A DNA stretch of 64,000 nt from Candidatus Latescibacterota bacterium (GTDB taxonomy: Bacteria; Latescibacterota; UBA2968). Position numbers and translations under genes: made by a program. Under the pieces are notes generated by a model. It had not been told where the DNA came from and ran no database searches. It saw only the letters and a list, made by a program, of their open reading frames with translations. The DNA is taken from the NCBI GenBank assembly GCA_965116885.1, contig OZ220741.1, positions 2,656,001 through 2,720,000 of the forward strand, given 5' to 3'. Below, in pieces: positions 18,245 through 27,404 of this stretch (position 1 is the stretch's first letter; the number at the start of each line of letters is the position of its first letter).

Positions 18245-20179
18245 ATGCCGCGAAATGGTTATGGACACATGGTGCTGGATGACTATGTCGCGCGCGTGCG
18301 GGCTGTAAATGCCGACCGCGCAAAACGCCTATCATCCATTCGCACAAAAAAAGAAGCTTTCGCATACCGCGATGAAGTGCGTGAGGCGATTGACAAAGCC
18401 TATCGCCCCTGGCCGAGCAAAACACCGCTTAATGCGCGTGTCATAGGTACAATTGAACGCCGCCATTATCGCATTGAAAAAATCCTCTTTGAGAGCCGCC
18501 CGGGTTGTTTGGTTACCGCTCACCTTTATGTGCCGGACAAACTCGATGGACCAGTACCTGGTATTATTGGTTCTTGCGGTCATGCTGCCGATGGCAAAAA
18601 TGCCTCGCTTTATCAGGCATTTTGTCAGCGTCTGGCGCGCAATGGTTTTGTCGTTTTGATCTATGATCCCTTTAATCAGGGCGAACGCGATCAATACTAT
18701 GCCCTGCACAGCCGCGAAAGTGTGCGATCATCGACACATGCCCACAATATGATGGGCAAACAACTCGAACTTGTGGGCGAATGGTTTGGCGCGTGGCGCG
18801 CATGGGATGGTATCCGCGCGCTCGATTATCTGCTTACCCGTCCCGAAGTTGATCCCGCGCATATCGGCCTTACGGGTAACTCGGGCGGCGGTACTATGAC
18901 CAGTTGGATATGGCCGGTGGAAGCGCGTTTTACTATGGCTGCCCCCAGTTGCTTTGTCACCACGTTTGCCGCCAATCTCGAAAATGAATTGCCCGCCGAT
19001 TCGGAACAGTATCCGCCGGGTGTGATTGGCGCGGGTCTGGATATGGCCGATTTTTTTATTGCCCGAGCACCGGCTCCCGTCATTTTGCTCGGACAAGCCT
19101 ATTGCTTTTTTGACCGACGCGGTCTCAAACAAGCCTATTCTGAAGTCCGTCGTTTCTACGATATCATTGGCGCGCCAGGCAATGCGACTGATATTTTTAT
19201 CGGGTCAGAAGGCCACGGCTTTTTTCGAGATAACCAGGAAGCTATGGTGCAATTTTTTGCAACACATGCGGGCATTCAGCAGGTTACCCGTTTGGAAGAG
19301 ACCGAAGACTTGAGCGATGTTTTAAATGTCACTCCAAAAGGCGAGGTTGTGCCCGAAGGGGCTACGCCCATTTACGATCTGATTGCCCAAAAAGCAGATG
19401 TTCTTGCATCAAAACGCAAAAAGTTGGGTAAAGGCGAACTCACCCGTTGTGTGCAAAATACGCTCAATTTGTCTGATGACCGCGACCTGCCCCATCACCG
19501 CTGGTTGCGCAGTACGACAGAAGATGGCGTTCGCCTGGCGCGGTATGCGATTGAAACCGAGGGCAATATTCGCGCTATTATGCGGAAACGCCTGTCCAAT
19601 CCGTCTTATTCGCATACGCTCGATGTCGAGCGCGAGGTTCATCTCTATTTGCCACATGTTTCTGCGGAAGTGGATCTGATTGAGGATCCTTTTGCAAAAA
19701 GGCTGAAAGAACAACACCCGCTCTATGCGCTTGATGTGCGCGGTCTGGGGGAATCGCTTGCCGATGATGAACGCGATTTTTTTCATCCTTATGGCAATGA
19801 CTATATGTGCAATGGATATGGTTTGATGCTCGGTCAGAGCTTTCTGGGACGGCGGGTTCACGATGTGTTATCCACACTCGACCTGCTGGCTTATGAAGGC
19901 GCGGAAAAAATCCATCTTTACGGTCGCGGACAAGGTGCGATTCACGCACTATTTGCCGGGTTTCTCCATTCCGGAGTGACGACTGTTACGCTGAAAAACT
20001 ATCCACAGTCCTTTCACGCCTGGACACAAACGCCCCTGGTCAGTTGGCCCACTGCCAATATACCTCGGGGCGTTCTCACATTATTTGATCTGCCCGATCT
20101 GATGGATGTCGTGGATAAAAAACTCGAGCTTATACAGCCCTGGGGGGTGGATATGGGAGAAGTGGGGCGTGAGAAGTGA
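18245..20179 (+). CDS. Two-domain alpha/beta hydrolase (acetylxylan esterase-like)
   Basis: FESRPG, DPFNQGER, DGIRALDYL, TGNSGGG nucleophile; second degenerate hydrolase domain (DVRGLGE). GGAG RBS before ATG 18245. Confidence 0.85.
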   Translation: MPRNGYGHMVLDDYVARVRAVNADRAKRLSSIRTKKEAFAYRDEVREAIDKAYRPWPSKTPLNARVIGTIERRHYRIEKILFESRPGCLVTAHLYVPDKLDGPVPGIIGSCGHAADGKNASLYQAFCQRLARNGFVVLIYDPFNQGERDQYYALHSRESVRSSTHAHNMMGKQLELVGEWFGAWRAWDGIRALDYLLTRPEVDPAHIGLTGNSGGGTMTSWIWPVEARFTMAAPSCFVTTFAANLENELPADSEQYPPGVIGAGLDMADFFIARAPAPVILLGQAYCFFDRRGLKQAYSEVRRFYDIIGAPGNATDIFIGSEGHGFFRDNQEAMVQFFATHAGIQQVTRLEETEDLSDVLNVTPKGEVVPEGATPIYDLIAQKADVLASKRKKLGKGELTRCVQNTLNLSDDRDLPHHRWLRSTTEDGVRLARYAIETEGNIRAIMRKRLSNPSYSHTLDVEREVHLYLPHVSAEVDLIEDPFAKRLKEQHPLYALDVRGLGESLADDERDFFHPYGNDYMCNGYGLMLGQSFLGRRVHDVLSTLDLLAYEGAEKIHLYGRGQGAIHALFAGFLHSGVTTVTLKNYPQSFHAWTQTPLVSWPTANIPRGVLTLFDLPDLMDVVDKKLELIQPWGVDMGEVGREK

Positions 20180-20186
20180 GGCGGAT

Positions 20187-20945
20187 TTATCCTTCCAGCC
20201 GCTCGCGCAGGTGGGCTTCCATGGCCACAAATTGGGGGTCGGCGCGCAAGGTGTTTTCCCGGGGATGGGGAAAATGAACGCTCAGGTCTTCCGCGATTTT
20301 ACCGGGTCTGGCAGACATGACCACAACGCGGTCGGAGAGGAGTAATGCTTCAGAGATGCTGTGGGTTATAAATAAGACAGCAGCACCGGTTGCCTGCCAT
20401 ATTCGCAACAGTTCAATTTGCATCTTTTCTCGCGTCATTTCATCCAATGCGCCAAAAGGCTCGTCCATGAGCAAAACGGATGGGCGGAAGGTCAAGACTC
20501 TGGCTATGGCGACCCGCGATTGCATGCCGCCCGATAGTTCGCGCGGATACGCCTGCTCAAATCCAGCCAGTCCGACAATGTCGATCATCTCAGAGACCCG
20601 GCTTAAAATCTCTGCGTCTCCAAAGACCTCTGCGGGCAGGCGCACATTTTCCTCTACCGTGCGCCAGGCGAGAAGCGAGGGATGTTGAAATACAAAGCCC
20701 ACCAATCGTTCGCGCCGCGCGACTTCGGGTATTTTCCCCAGTACGCGAACGGTGCCATTCGTCGGTGTTTCCAAATCGCCGACAATCCGCATTAAGCTCG
20801 TTTTGCCACATCCCGAGGGTCCGATCATACTGACAAATTCACCCTGCGCTATCTGTAGGGAAATTTGTGCGAGTGCCTCTACCCGGTTGCTGTCGGTCAC
20901 AAAAACCTTGTGAATATCTCGCAGTTCAATGGCTAATTCGTTCAT
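20187..20945 (-). CDS. ABC transporter ATP-binding protein (NitT/TauT family)
   Basis: GPSGCGKT, LSGGMQSR, MDEPFGALD, FITHSI. Confidence 0.94.
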   Translation of the reverse strand: MNELAIELRDIHKVFVTDSNRVEALAQISLQIAQGEFVSMIGPSGCGKTSLMRIVGDLETPTNGTVRVLGKIPEVARRERLVGFVFQHPSLLAWRTVEENVRLPAEVFGDAEILSRVSEMIDIVGLAGFEQAYPRELSGGMQSRVAIARVLTFRPSVLLMDEPFGALDEMTREKMQIELLRIWQATGAAVLFITHSISEALLLSDRVVVMSARPGKIAEDLSVHFPHPRENTLRADPQFVAMEAHLRERLEG

Positions 20946-21052
20946 AGTAGTCAGTAGTCAGTCCGCCTAACCGCCTGCCAGCCTCCTTCGTGTCCCTTTG
21001 TGTTCTTCGTGGATCCCATCCTTCTTACTTCTCACCTCTCACTTCTCACTTC
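20946..21052. repeat. Composite short-repeat intergenic element
   Basis: (AGTAGTC)2, CCGCCTAACCGCC, GCCAGCCTC, CTTCGTG-type repeats and about four CTTCTCA units; shares blocks with 27280-27390. Confidence 0.75.
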
Positions 21053-21054
21053 AT

Positions 21055-22536
21055 TCAATGCTTGATCAAGTGCTTTTCCAGGGTTTTGACCACGGTTTTT
21101 AGCGTTTTAATGCGCGCATATAGCTTGCAATTGGACTCGACAATGGTCCATGGTGCGTAATCTGTATTTGTGCGGTACAACATCTCATCCACAGCGTCGC
21201 GATACTGATTCCATTTCTCTCGATTGCGCCAGTCTTCATCTGTAATTTTCCACTGTTTAGATGGGACTTCTTCGCGGTCTCGAAAGCGCTTCAATTGTTC
21301 GTCTTTGTCGATATCGATCCAGAATTTAAATAATAAGGTGCCGTAATTTGCCATCTGTTCTTCCATTTCGTTGATTTCGCGGTACGCGCGCTGCCATTCC
21401 TGTATTGTCGCAAATCCCTCTACGCGCTCGACCAGAACGCGCCCATACCACGACCGATCAAAGATGGCAAAATGACCGGCTTTGGGCATTTTGATCCAGA
21501 ACCGCCACAAATAGTGATGTGCCAGTTCGATATCATTTGGCGCGGCGATGGGGATCACGTCGTATCCACGCGGGTCCATGCGGCGCACCAGGCGTTTGAT
21601 ATTGCCTCCCTTTCCCGCAGCATCCCAGCCTTCGTACACAATGACGACGGACTGCCTTCGCAAATATACTTCGTGCTCGAGTTCCCATATCTTTTTTTGA
21701 TAAATGCGGCGCAGGCGATCGTATTCTTTGCGCGTGAGTTCTCTGGATAAGTCAGAGGTCTCGAGCATAGAATGCGGGATTGGGGGTAGGGAGACCGCTT
21801 TGGTCCGCGTCTTTTTGTTCAGAGATGTCAGTTTTTTTTCGAGGACTTTGATCACTTTTTCAAATACTGAAATCGTTGCAAAACGCCAGTTTTCAGCCGG
21901 CACAATATGCCAGGGCGCGTATTTGCTATCCGTGCGTGAGATCATTTCTTCGATGACTTCTCCATACGATTCGTATTGTTTATTTTTTTTCCAATCGTAA
22001 TCTGTTACGCGCCAGGACGTCAGGGGATTTTTCTCGAGTTGCTTAAAACGCTTTTTTTGTTCTTTGCGCGAGATGTGCAGGAAAAACTTGATGATTACAT
22101 GGCCGTCATCTACGAGTTGTCGCTCGAAATTATTCACTTCTTGATACGCTTTATCAACCGGTAGCTTGCTCATCATCGGATCTAATTTCTCCACAATAAA
22201 TCGACTGTACCAACTCCGACCGTAAATCGCCAGGCGCCCGCGTTCGGGGATTTTGGTCCAGAACCGCCACATAAATGGTCGGTAAGCCTCTTCTGTATTG
22301 GAAACTTGCGTCGAATATACTTTGACGCCCCGGGGATCGAGCACTTGCAACAACTCATTGATCTGTCGTCCTTTACCAGAAGCACCCCAGCCTTCGAACA
22401 CAATCGTGATGGGCACTTTGTTTTCCAGTGCTTTTCGCTCCAGTTGGCCCATTTTTATTTCCAGCTTTTCCATTTGGGCGTTGTAGTCAGATTTTTTTAT
22501 TTTTTGTTTTAGATCAATAGCATTCAGGATGCCCAT
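21055..22536 (-). CDS. pap: Polyphosphate:AMP phosphotransferase (two-domain PPK2, class II-like)
   Basis: Tandem PPK2 domains: FEGWGASGKG/YGRSWY and YEGWDAAGKGG/FDRSWYGRVL. Confidence 0.92.
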   Translation of the reverse strand: MGILNAIDLKQKIKKSDYNAQMEKLEIKMGQLERKALENKVPITIVFEGWGASGKGRQINELLQVLDPRGVKVYSTQVSNTEEAYRPFMWRFWTKIPERGRLAIYGRSWYSRFIVEKLDPMMSKLPVDKAYQEVNNFERQLVDDGHVIIKFFLHISRKEQKKRFKQLEKNPLTSWRVTDYDWKKNKQYESYGEVIEEMISRTDSKYAPWHIVPAENWRFATISVFEKVIKVLEKKLTSLNKKTRTKAVSLPPIPHSMLETSDLSRELTRKEYDRLRRIYQKKIWELEHEVYLRRQSVVIVYEGWDAAGKGGNIKRLVRRMDPRGYDVIPIAAPNDIELAHHYLWRFWIKMPKAGHFAIFDRSWYGRVLVERVEGFATIQEWQRAYREINEMEEQMANYGTLLFKFWIDIDKDEQLKRFRDREEVPSKQWKITDEDWRNREKWNQYRDAVDEMLYRTNTDYAPWTIVESNCKLYARIKTLKTVVKTLEKHLIKH

Positions 22537-22538
22537 AT

Positions 22539-23663
22539 TTACTCCTTTACCCATGTGCGTGAGTCGGGTACGTATAGCCACGCGCCGTCTTGCACAATTG
22601 ACTGTTGACTGATTAAGCCCGGCAAGGTCATGTCCATAGCTTCGTGAATGCCAATTGGACAGGCGATTTCGCCGTTGATGCTTTGAATAAAATCCATGAT
22701 TTCGAAATAGTCGCCCCCACCGTGTCCGGCTTTTAATGCCGATTCAGAGGGGTTGCGCCACATGTCGGGTAAATAGTCTTCTTCCAGATCTTTCAGATCT
22801 ATCCATTCGTTTTTTTCGTCGCAGATATCTGTGAGCCATACGCGATTGACACCGCCGCGTGCGCGCGCCGATTCGTAACACCCTTTTGTCCCTTGCAGTT
22901 GAAAATTGCCGGTTGCGTGGGGGCGTTCCGATAGCATATCTACCCGGATTTTTACCAGCCCGCCGCTCGCCATCTGACACAACATGACGCACGAATCTTG
23001 ATTTTCATACTGGTCTCCCCGAGGGTCTGTGTAATGGTGTCCGCTGCCCGCACAACACACGCGCACCACGCGGTCCCCCGGCATCCACTGCAAGAGAGGT
23101 CCCAGGCTGTGCGTGCAATAGGTTATACCATCAATGCCCGTTTGCCACTTGCGCCGCCATGTTGTGATTTCATTCAGGGCTTTCAATTCGTGGAGATATT
23201 CTCCTTCTCCGTAATATACATCGCCGAACAAACCCCGCCGCACGAGTTCTTTTATCAGGACATTGGGGCGGGTGTAGGTGTAATTTTCTGCCATCATATA
23301 GATTGCTTTTGACGATGTAGCGGTCTGTACCAGGGCGCGGCATTCCTCTATGGAGACCCCGGCTGTGACTTCGCTCAAGACGTGGATGTTGCGGTGCAGT
23401 GCCTCAATTGCTTGCTGAGCGTGAAAATGCATGGGTGTGCCGATGACTACTGCATCGAGTTCAGAGCGCGCGAGCATGGTTTCGTAGTCCGCGTATTTTT
23501 CAGAGGCTCCCAATCGTTCAGCAGCAGCGTCGAGTTCCTCTTCGCGCACATCGCATACCGCGTGAATGCGCGCTGTTTTTTGCGCTTCAAAAGCGACCCG
23601 AAAACTCCCCCCACGCCCAGCAGCCCCCACAATACCCACGTTTAATTTTTCAGCAATGCCCAT
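22539..23663 (-). CDS. Gfo/Idh/MocA oxidoreductase
   Basis: VGIVGAAGRG, HVLSEV, MMAENY, YCTHSLGP, GHGGGD. Confidence 0.92.
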   Translation of the reverse strand: MGIAEKLNVGIVGAAGRGGSFRVAFEAQKTARIHAVCDVREEELDAAAERLGASEKYADYETMLARSELDAVVIGTPMHFHAQQAIEALHRNIHVLSEVTAGVSIEECRALVQTATSSKAIYMMAENYTYTRPNVLIKELVRRGLFGDVYYGEGEYLHELKALNEITTWRRKWQTGIDGITYCTHSLGPLLQWMPGDRVVRVCCAGSGHHYTDPRGDQYENQDSCVMLCQMASGGLVKIRVDMLSERPHATGNFQLQGTKGCYESARARGGVNRVWLTDICDEKNEWIDLKDLEEDYLPDMWRNPSESALKAGHGGGDYFEIMDFIQSINGEIACPIGIHEAMDMTLPGLISQQSIVQDGAWLYVPDSRTWVKE

Positions 23664-23684
23664 TAAATACCTCCGGAAAATTGG

Positions 23685-25367
23685 CTAATCGCTAAGGTTC
23701 GACAAGCGTATGTCCTCTACCAGCATTTGCACGCTGGTTCTGCCCTGCCAGGTATTGGCCTGTAGTGCAAAGGCGAGATCGACGCGGTCGCCCACTGACA
23801 ATTCGTAAACCAGCTCGCCCTGGCGAAACCAGATTGCATCGCACAGGTCAGCACCTGTATCCACGCTGAGTTTTAAATGCGCCCCGCGGCCTATGGCGCG
23901 CGCATCTGCAATTCGGCAATCGCGAGCTACAAAACGCGGCAACTCGTTTTTTGCGCCAAAAGGTGCCAATTTGTCCAGGGTGTCAACGGTTGTCAGCGAA
24001 ATATCGGACGGCTTGAGGGTGGCATCGACTTCCAGTTGGGGCGTCAGTGCTTCCTCTGATAGCCGCGCCTGGGCATCTGCGATCAACCGGTCTTGAAATT
24101 CGAAATAATTTTCAGCGGGGACTGAAAATCCGGCGGCGTCGGCGTGTCCACCAAATTCGGTGAGCAGATCTGAGACGCGGAAAATCGCTTCGACGATATT
24201 GTATCCACCTGCTGTGCGCGCAGAACCCGTGTAGATGCCATTTTTGCGAAAGTTGGTACACACCAGCGCTGGGCGCGAAAATTTTTCGACCAATCGCCCG
24301 GCGATCAGTCCGACCACACCCAGATGCCAGTCTTCGCCGCGTACCACCAGAATGCGATATTGATCCAACCAGTTATCTTCTACCATGCGTTCTGCTTCGG
24401 CTATGCCGTCGTTTTGCAGGGTCTGCCTTTCGCCATTTAGACCGTTTAATTCTTCGGCGAGTTTTGCCGCTTGTTCCCGGTTTTGACAGCGCAACAAATC
24501 GAGTGCCAAGTCTGCCGATGACAGGCGCCCGGCGCTGTTGATGCGCGGTCCCAGGAAGAATCCAATAGAGATTGTGTCAACGGGGCGGTTGGTCGCACCC
24601 GCGACGGCTTTGAGTGCCTGCAAGCCCGGGCGGTCGGTGGTGTTGAGGACCTGCATCCCCCTTCGCGTAAGCAGGCGATTTTCTGCGACCATGGGGGCCA
24701 TGTCAGCCACAGTGCCCAAAGCGACCAGATCCAGAAGTGAGTTCAAATATCGGCGGCGCTCTGAATCGGACAGGAACTCCGATGTTAGAGCCTGCACCAC
24801 CTTAAATGCCACTCCTACGGCAGCCAGTCCTTTGAAGGGATATTCGCAGTCTGCGCGATTGGGATTCACCAGCGCCAGAGCGTCTGGCAATTTGTCCTGT
24901 GGATGGTGATGGTCAATGACTACCACATCAATTCCGGCGTCATTGGCCGTGTCAACAGCCTCAAAAGCTGAAATCCCGTTGTCCGCGGTTACAATGAGTT
25001 GCGCTCCTTGTGCGTATGCCGTCTCTACACCCGACGGTTTCATGCCATACCCATCTCGGAACCGGTCGGGCAACAAAAATGTGGCATTGGCACCTACCAG
25101 ATCGAAAAAATCCAGCAAGACAGCGGTGCTCGTGACGCCATCTACATCGTAATCGCCAAAAACTACAATGCGCTCTTTATTGTGAATGGCTTCTGATATG
25201 CGTTCGACAATGCGGCGCATGTCTTGCATTAAATAGGGGTCATTCAAAATATCGGGAGAGTCGGCCAAATCTTCTTTTGTTAATGAACGGTTTGCGAGAA
25301 TGACATCGGCAATAGAATGATAATTGCCCTTATGGCGTATGTTCCATATCGGGTACCTGGGTTCCAT
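23685..25367 (-). CDS. recJ: Single-stranded-DNA exonuclease RecJ
   Basis: GDYDVDG, DNG, DHH, GTVAD, PRINSAGR, GSAR, GGHADAAG. Confidence 0.97.
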   Translation of the reverse strand: MEPRYPIWNIRHKGNYHSIADVILANRSLTKEDLADSPDILNDPYLMQDMRRIVERISEAIHNKERIVVFGDYDVDGVTSTAVLLDFFDLVGANATFLLPDRFRDGYGMKPSGVETAYAQGAQLIVTADNGISAFEAVDTANDAGIDVVVIDHHHPQDKLPDALALVNPNRADCEYPFKGLAAVGVAFKVVQALTSEFLSDSERRRYLNSLLDLVALGTVADMAPMVAENRLLTRRGMQVLNTTDRPGLQALKAVAGATNRPVDTISIGFFLGPRINSAGRLSSADLALDLLRCQNREQAAKLAEELNGLNGERQTLQNDGIAEAERMVEDNWLDQYRILVVRGEDWHLGVVGLIAGRLVEKFSRPALVCTNFRKNGIYTGSARTAGGYNIVEAIFRVSDLLTEFGGHADAAGFSVPAENYFEFQDRLIADAQARLSEEALTPQLEVDATLKPSDISLTTVDTLDKLAPFGAKNELPRFVARDCRIADARAIGRGAHLKLSVDTGADLCDAIWFRQGELVYELSVGDRVDLAFALQANTWQGRTSVQMLVEDIRLSNLSD

Positions 25368-25413
25368 AAAGTCTCCAGAGTGGTTGATCAAAGTGCGTAT
25401 ATGCGATCTCTAC

Positions 25414-25443
25414 TTGACTTGAAGTCAATTTGAACGTTAATTT
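25414..25443. promoter_or_regulatory. Palindromic site / promoter between recJ and the pspA operon
   Basis: Perfect palindrome TTGACTT-G-AAGTCAA (25414-25428) containing the -35-like TTGACT; TAATTT 18 nt downstream. Confidence 0.45.
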
Positions 25444-25531
25444 TTTGAAACCAATATTTCGCTTGAGAATCTCATAGGCAGGACGGAGGGCCAGTTATGC
25501 CTCTTCCGCTAACCGCTTTCAGGAGTTTAAA

Positions 25532-25927
25532 ATGTCAGAATATTTCAATACAGTCAAATCTTATCTTCAAGACCTCAATCTCGCGGTTGACGAGGAAGAT
25601 ACCGCTGAAGAACTCGTTGTGGTGAGCGACGAAGATCGCGGTGTCAATCATCTTATTGTCGATTGCGAGGATCCCATCCTCATTATTGAGCAGGCTATTA
25701 TGCCTATTCCCAATGTCCCTGGGGATCTGTACAAAAGGTTGCTCGAAATGAATCGCACACTCATCCACGGGGCGTTTGCCCTGGACTCTGAAACCGGCAC
25801 GGTTCTTTTTCGCGATACCCTGCGCCTGGATACGCTCGACCGATCTGAGCTTGAAGGCTCGATTACCGCGCTCGAACTCGCCTTAGCTGATAATGCCGCA
25901 GAATTACTCGAATATAGCCACCAGTAG
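25532..25927 (+). CDS. YbjN/CesT-like chaperone-fold protein
   Basis: 131 aa acidic protein with LYKRLLEMNRTLIHGAFALD...VLFRDTL; lies directly upstream of pspA. Confidence 0.8.
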   Translation: MSEYFNTVKSYLQDLNLAVDEEDTAEELVVVSDEDRGVNHLIVDCEDPILIIEQAIMPIPNVPGDLYKRLLEMNRTLIHGAFALDSETGTVLFRDTLRLDTLDRSELEGSITALELALADNAAELLEYSHQ

Positions 25928-25951
25928 TCATTTCCCAAAAAGGAGTATCTC

Positions 25952-26662
25952 ATGAGCATCTTTCAACGTCTCTTCAGTGTGGGCAAGGCCGAAGTCCATT
26001 CGACTATTGACAAATTTGAAGATCCGATAAAAATGACCGAACAGGGTATCCGCGACCTGAAAAATGACCTCAATAGCGCGATGACCAGCCTGGCTGAGGT
26101 CAAAGGTCAGGCCATTCGATTGCGAAAGCAAGCTGAAGACAATAAGAAGGCGTCTGCTGACTGGGAGCGTAAGGCCATGGTTTTGCTCCAAAAAGCCCAG
26201 AGCGGTGAGTTGGATGCTGGAGAAGCCGACCGGTTGGCAACCGAAGCCCTTAGTCGCAAATCAGAGGCCGATGACCGCATTTCTCAGTTTGAGCAGGATG
26301 CCGAGATGCAGGAAGATATGGCCACTAAGCTTCAAAGTCAGGTGGAGAAACTCAAATCTACCATTGCAACACACGAAAATGAACTCATTTCACTGCGCGC
26401 GCGGGCAAAAACAGCCGCTGCGACGAAGAAAATCAACAAGCAACTCGCCAAAGTCGATTCGTCTGGTACAATTGCCATGCTCGAGCGTATGAAAGAACGG
26501 GTTGAAGAAGATGAATCGCTCTCGCAGGCTTATGGCGAAATAGCCGGTGAATCCAAGAGCGTTGATGAGGAGATTGATGCGGCACTGAGTACTTCATCGA
26601 GCGGCACAGATCAACGCCTTGCTGAACTCAAGGCAAAGATGGGGATGACTTCGAAAGACTGA
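25952..26662 (+). CDS. pspA: PspA/IM30 (Vipp1/ESCRT-III-like) protein
   Basis: MSIFQRLF amphipathic helix, EDPIKMTEQGIRDL, long coiled coil, LAELKAKM end. Confidence 0.95.
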   Translation: MSIFQRLFSVGKAEVHSTIDKFEDPIKMTEQGIRDLKNDLNSAMTSLAEVKGQAIRLRKQAEDNKKASADWERKAMVLLQKAQSGELDAGEADRLATEALSRKSEADDRISQFEQDAEMQEDMATKLQSQVEKLKSTIATHENELISLRARAKTAAATKKINKQLAKVDSSGTIAMLERMKERVEEDESLSQAYGEIAGESKSVDEEIDAALSTSSSGTDQRLAELKAKMGMTSKD

Positions 26663-26742
26663 CGCTGGGTGTGCCTGTAGGGGAGACGCTCGCGCACCCG
26701 TTCTATCTGTCGCAGAAGGTTCATGGGTTGCATGGAGAGAAA

Positions 26743-27300
26743 ATGAATTGGAATCCTTTTAAGAAAAAGAAAGAAGAACCCGAAGCTCTCGATCCCCTCA
26801 GTGTTACGCTGTCCGATCTCAAGCTGGGTTATGTCCTCGACTACGATCTCAAAACATGGCAGGTTACAGCACAGCATTATTACGATTACGAAGGTGATCG
26901 CGCGGATGAATGGGAACTTACCTGCGGCGATGATGTGGCATTTCTCGAGCGGTCAGAAGACGATAGTATCTCCTGGGCCTTGACGCGCAAGATCCCCCTT
27001 TCCGATATTGAGGGCGATGTCCGCGGGCATATGCGCGACCACGACAATGATGATCCTCCCGATGAAGTTAGATGCCATGGGATTATGTTCTATGGCGTAT
27101 CGTCAGCCGTTGGATCTTTTTACAAAGATGGCGGGGACGAGGGACAGAAGTTTATCATCTGGAATTATCTCGACGAGTCGGAGAAACACACCCTATCTAT
27201 CGAGCAATGGGACGAAGACGCTTTTGATGCTGCGGTGGGTGAGGTTGTCGAAGAATATCAATTTAGCAATATCCTGCCGTCAGTAGCCAGTAGTCAGTAG
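26743..27300 (+). CDS. DUF4178-like acidic protein
   Basis: LKLGYVLDYDLKTWQV, EWEL, LSIEQW pattern and position after pspA; GGAGA RBS before ATG 26743. Confidence 0.7.
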   Translation: MNWNPFKKKKEEPEALDPLSVTLSDLKLGYVLDYDLKTWQVTAQHYYDYEGDRADEWELTCGDDVAFLERSEDDSISWALTRKIPLSDIEGDVRGHMRDHDNDDPPDEVRCHGIMFYGVSSAVGSFYKDGGDEGQKFIIWNYLDESEKHTLSIEQWDEDAFDAAVGEVVEEYQFSNILPSVASSQ

Positions 27301-27390
27301 TCAGTTGCTGGCCCGCTTAACCGCCCCAAGCTATTAGCGGTCAGCCAGCCTCTTGCCTCTCATCTGCGTCCATCTGCGTCCATCTGCGGA
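27280..27390. repeat. Composite short-repeat element at a convergent junction
   Basis: About 3.5 TCAGTAG units, CCGCTTAACCGCC, GCCAGCCTC and about three CATCTGCGTC units. Confidence 0.8.
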
Positions 27391-27404
27391 TACTTTTCTC
27401 GTCT

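Noticed and set aside
20946..27390. Repeat arrays as possible CRISPR
   Set aside because: Units are 7-10 bp tandem repeats with no spacers, and there are no cas genes.
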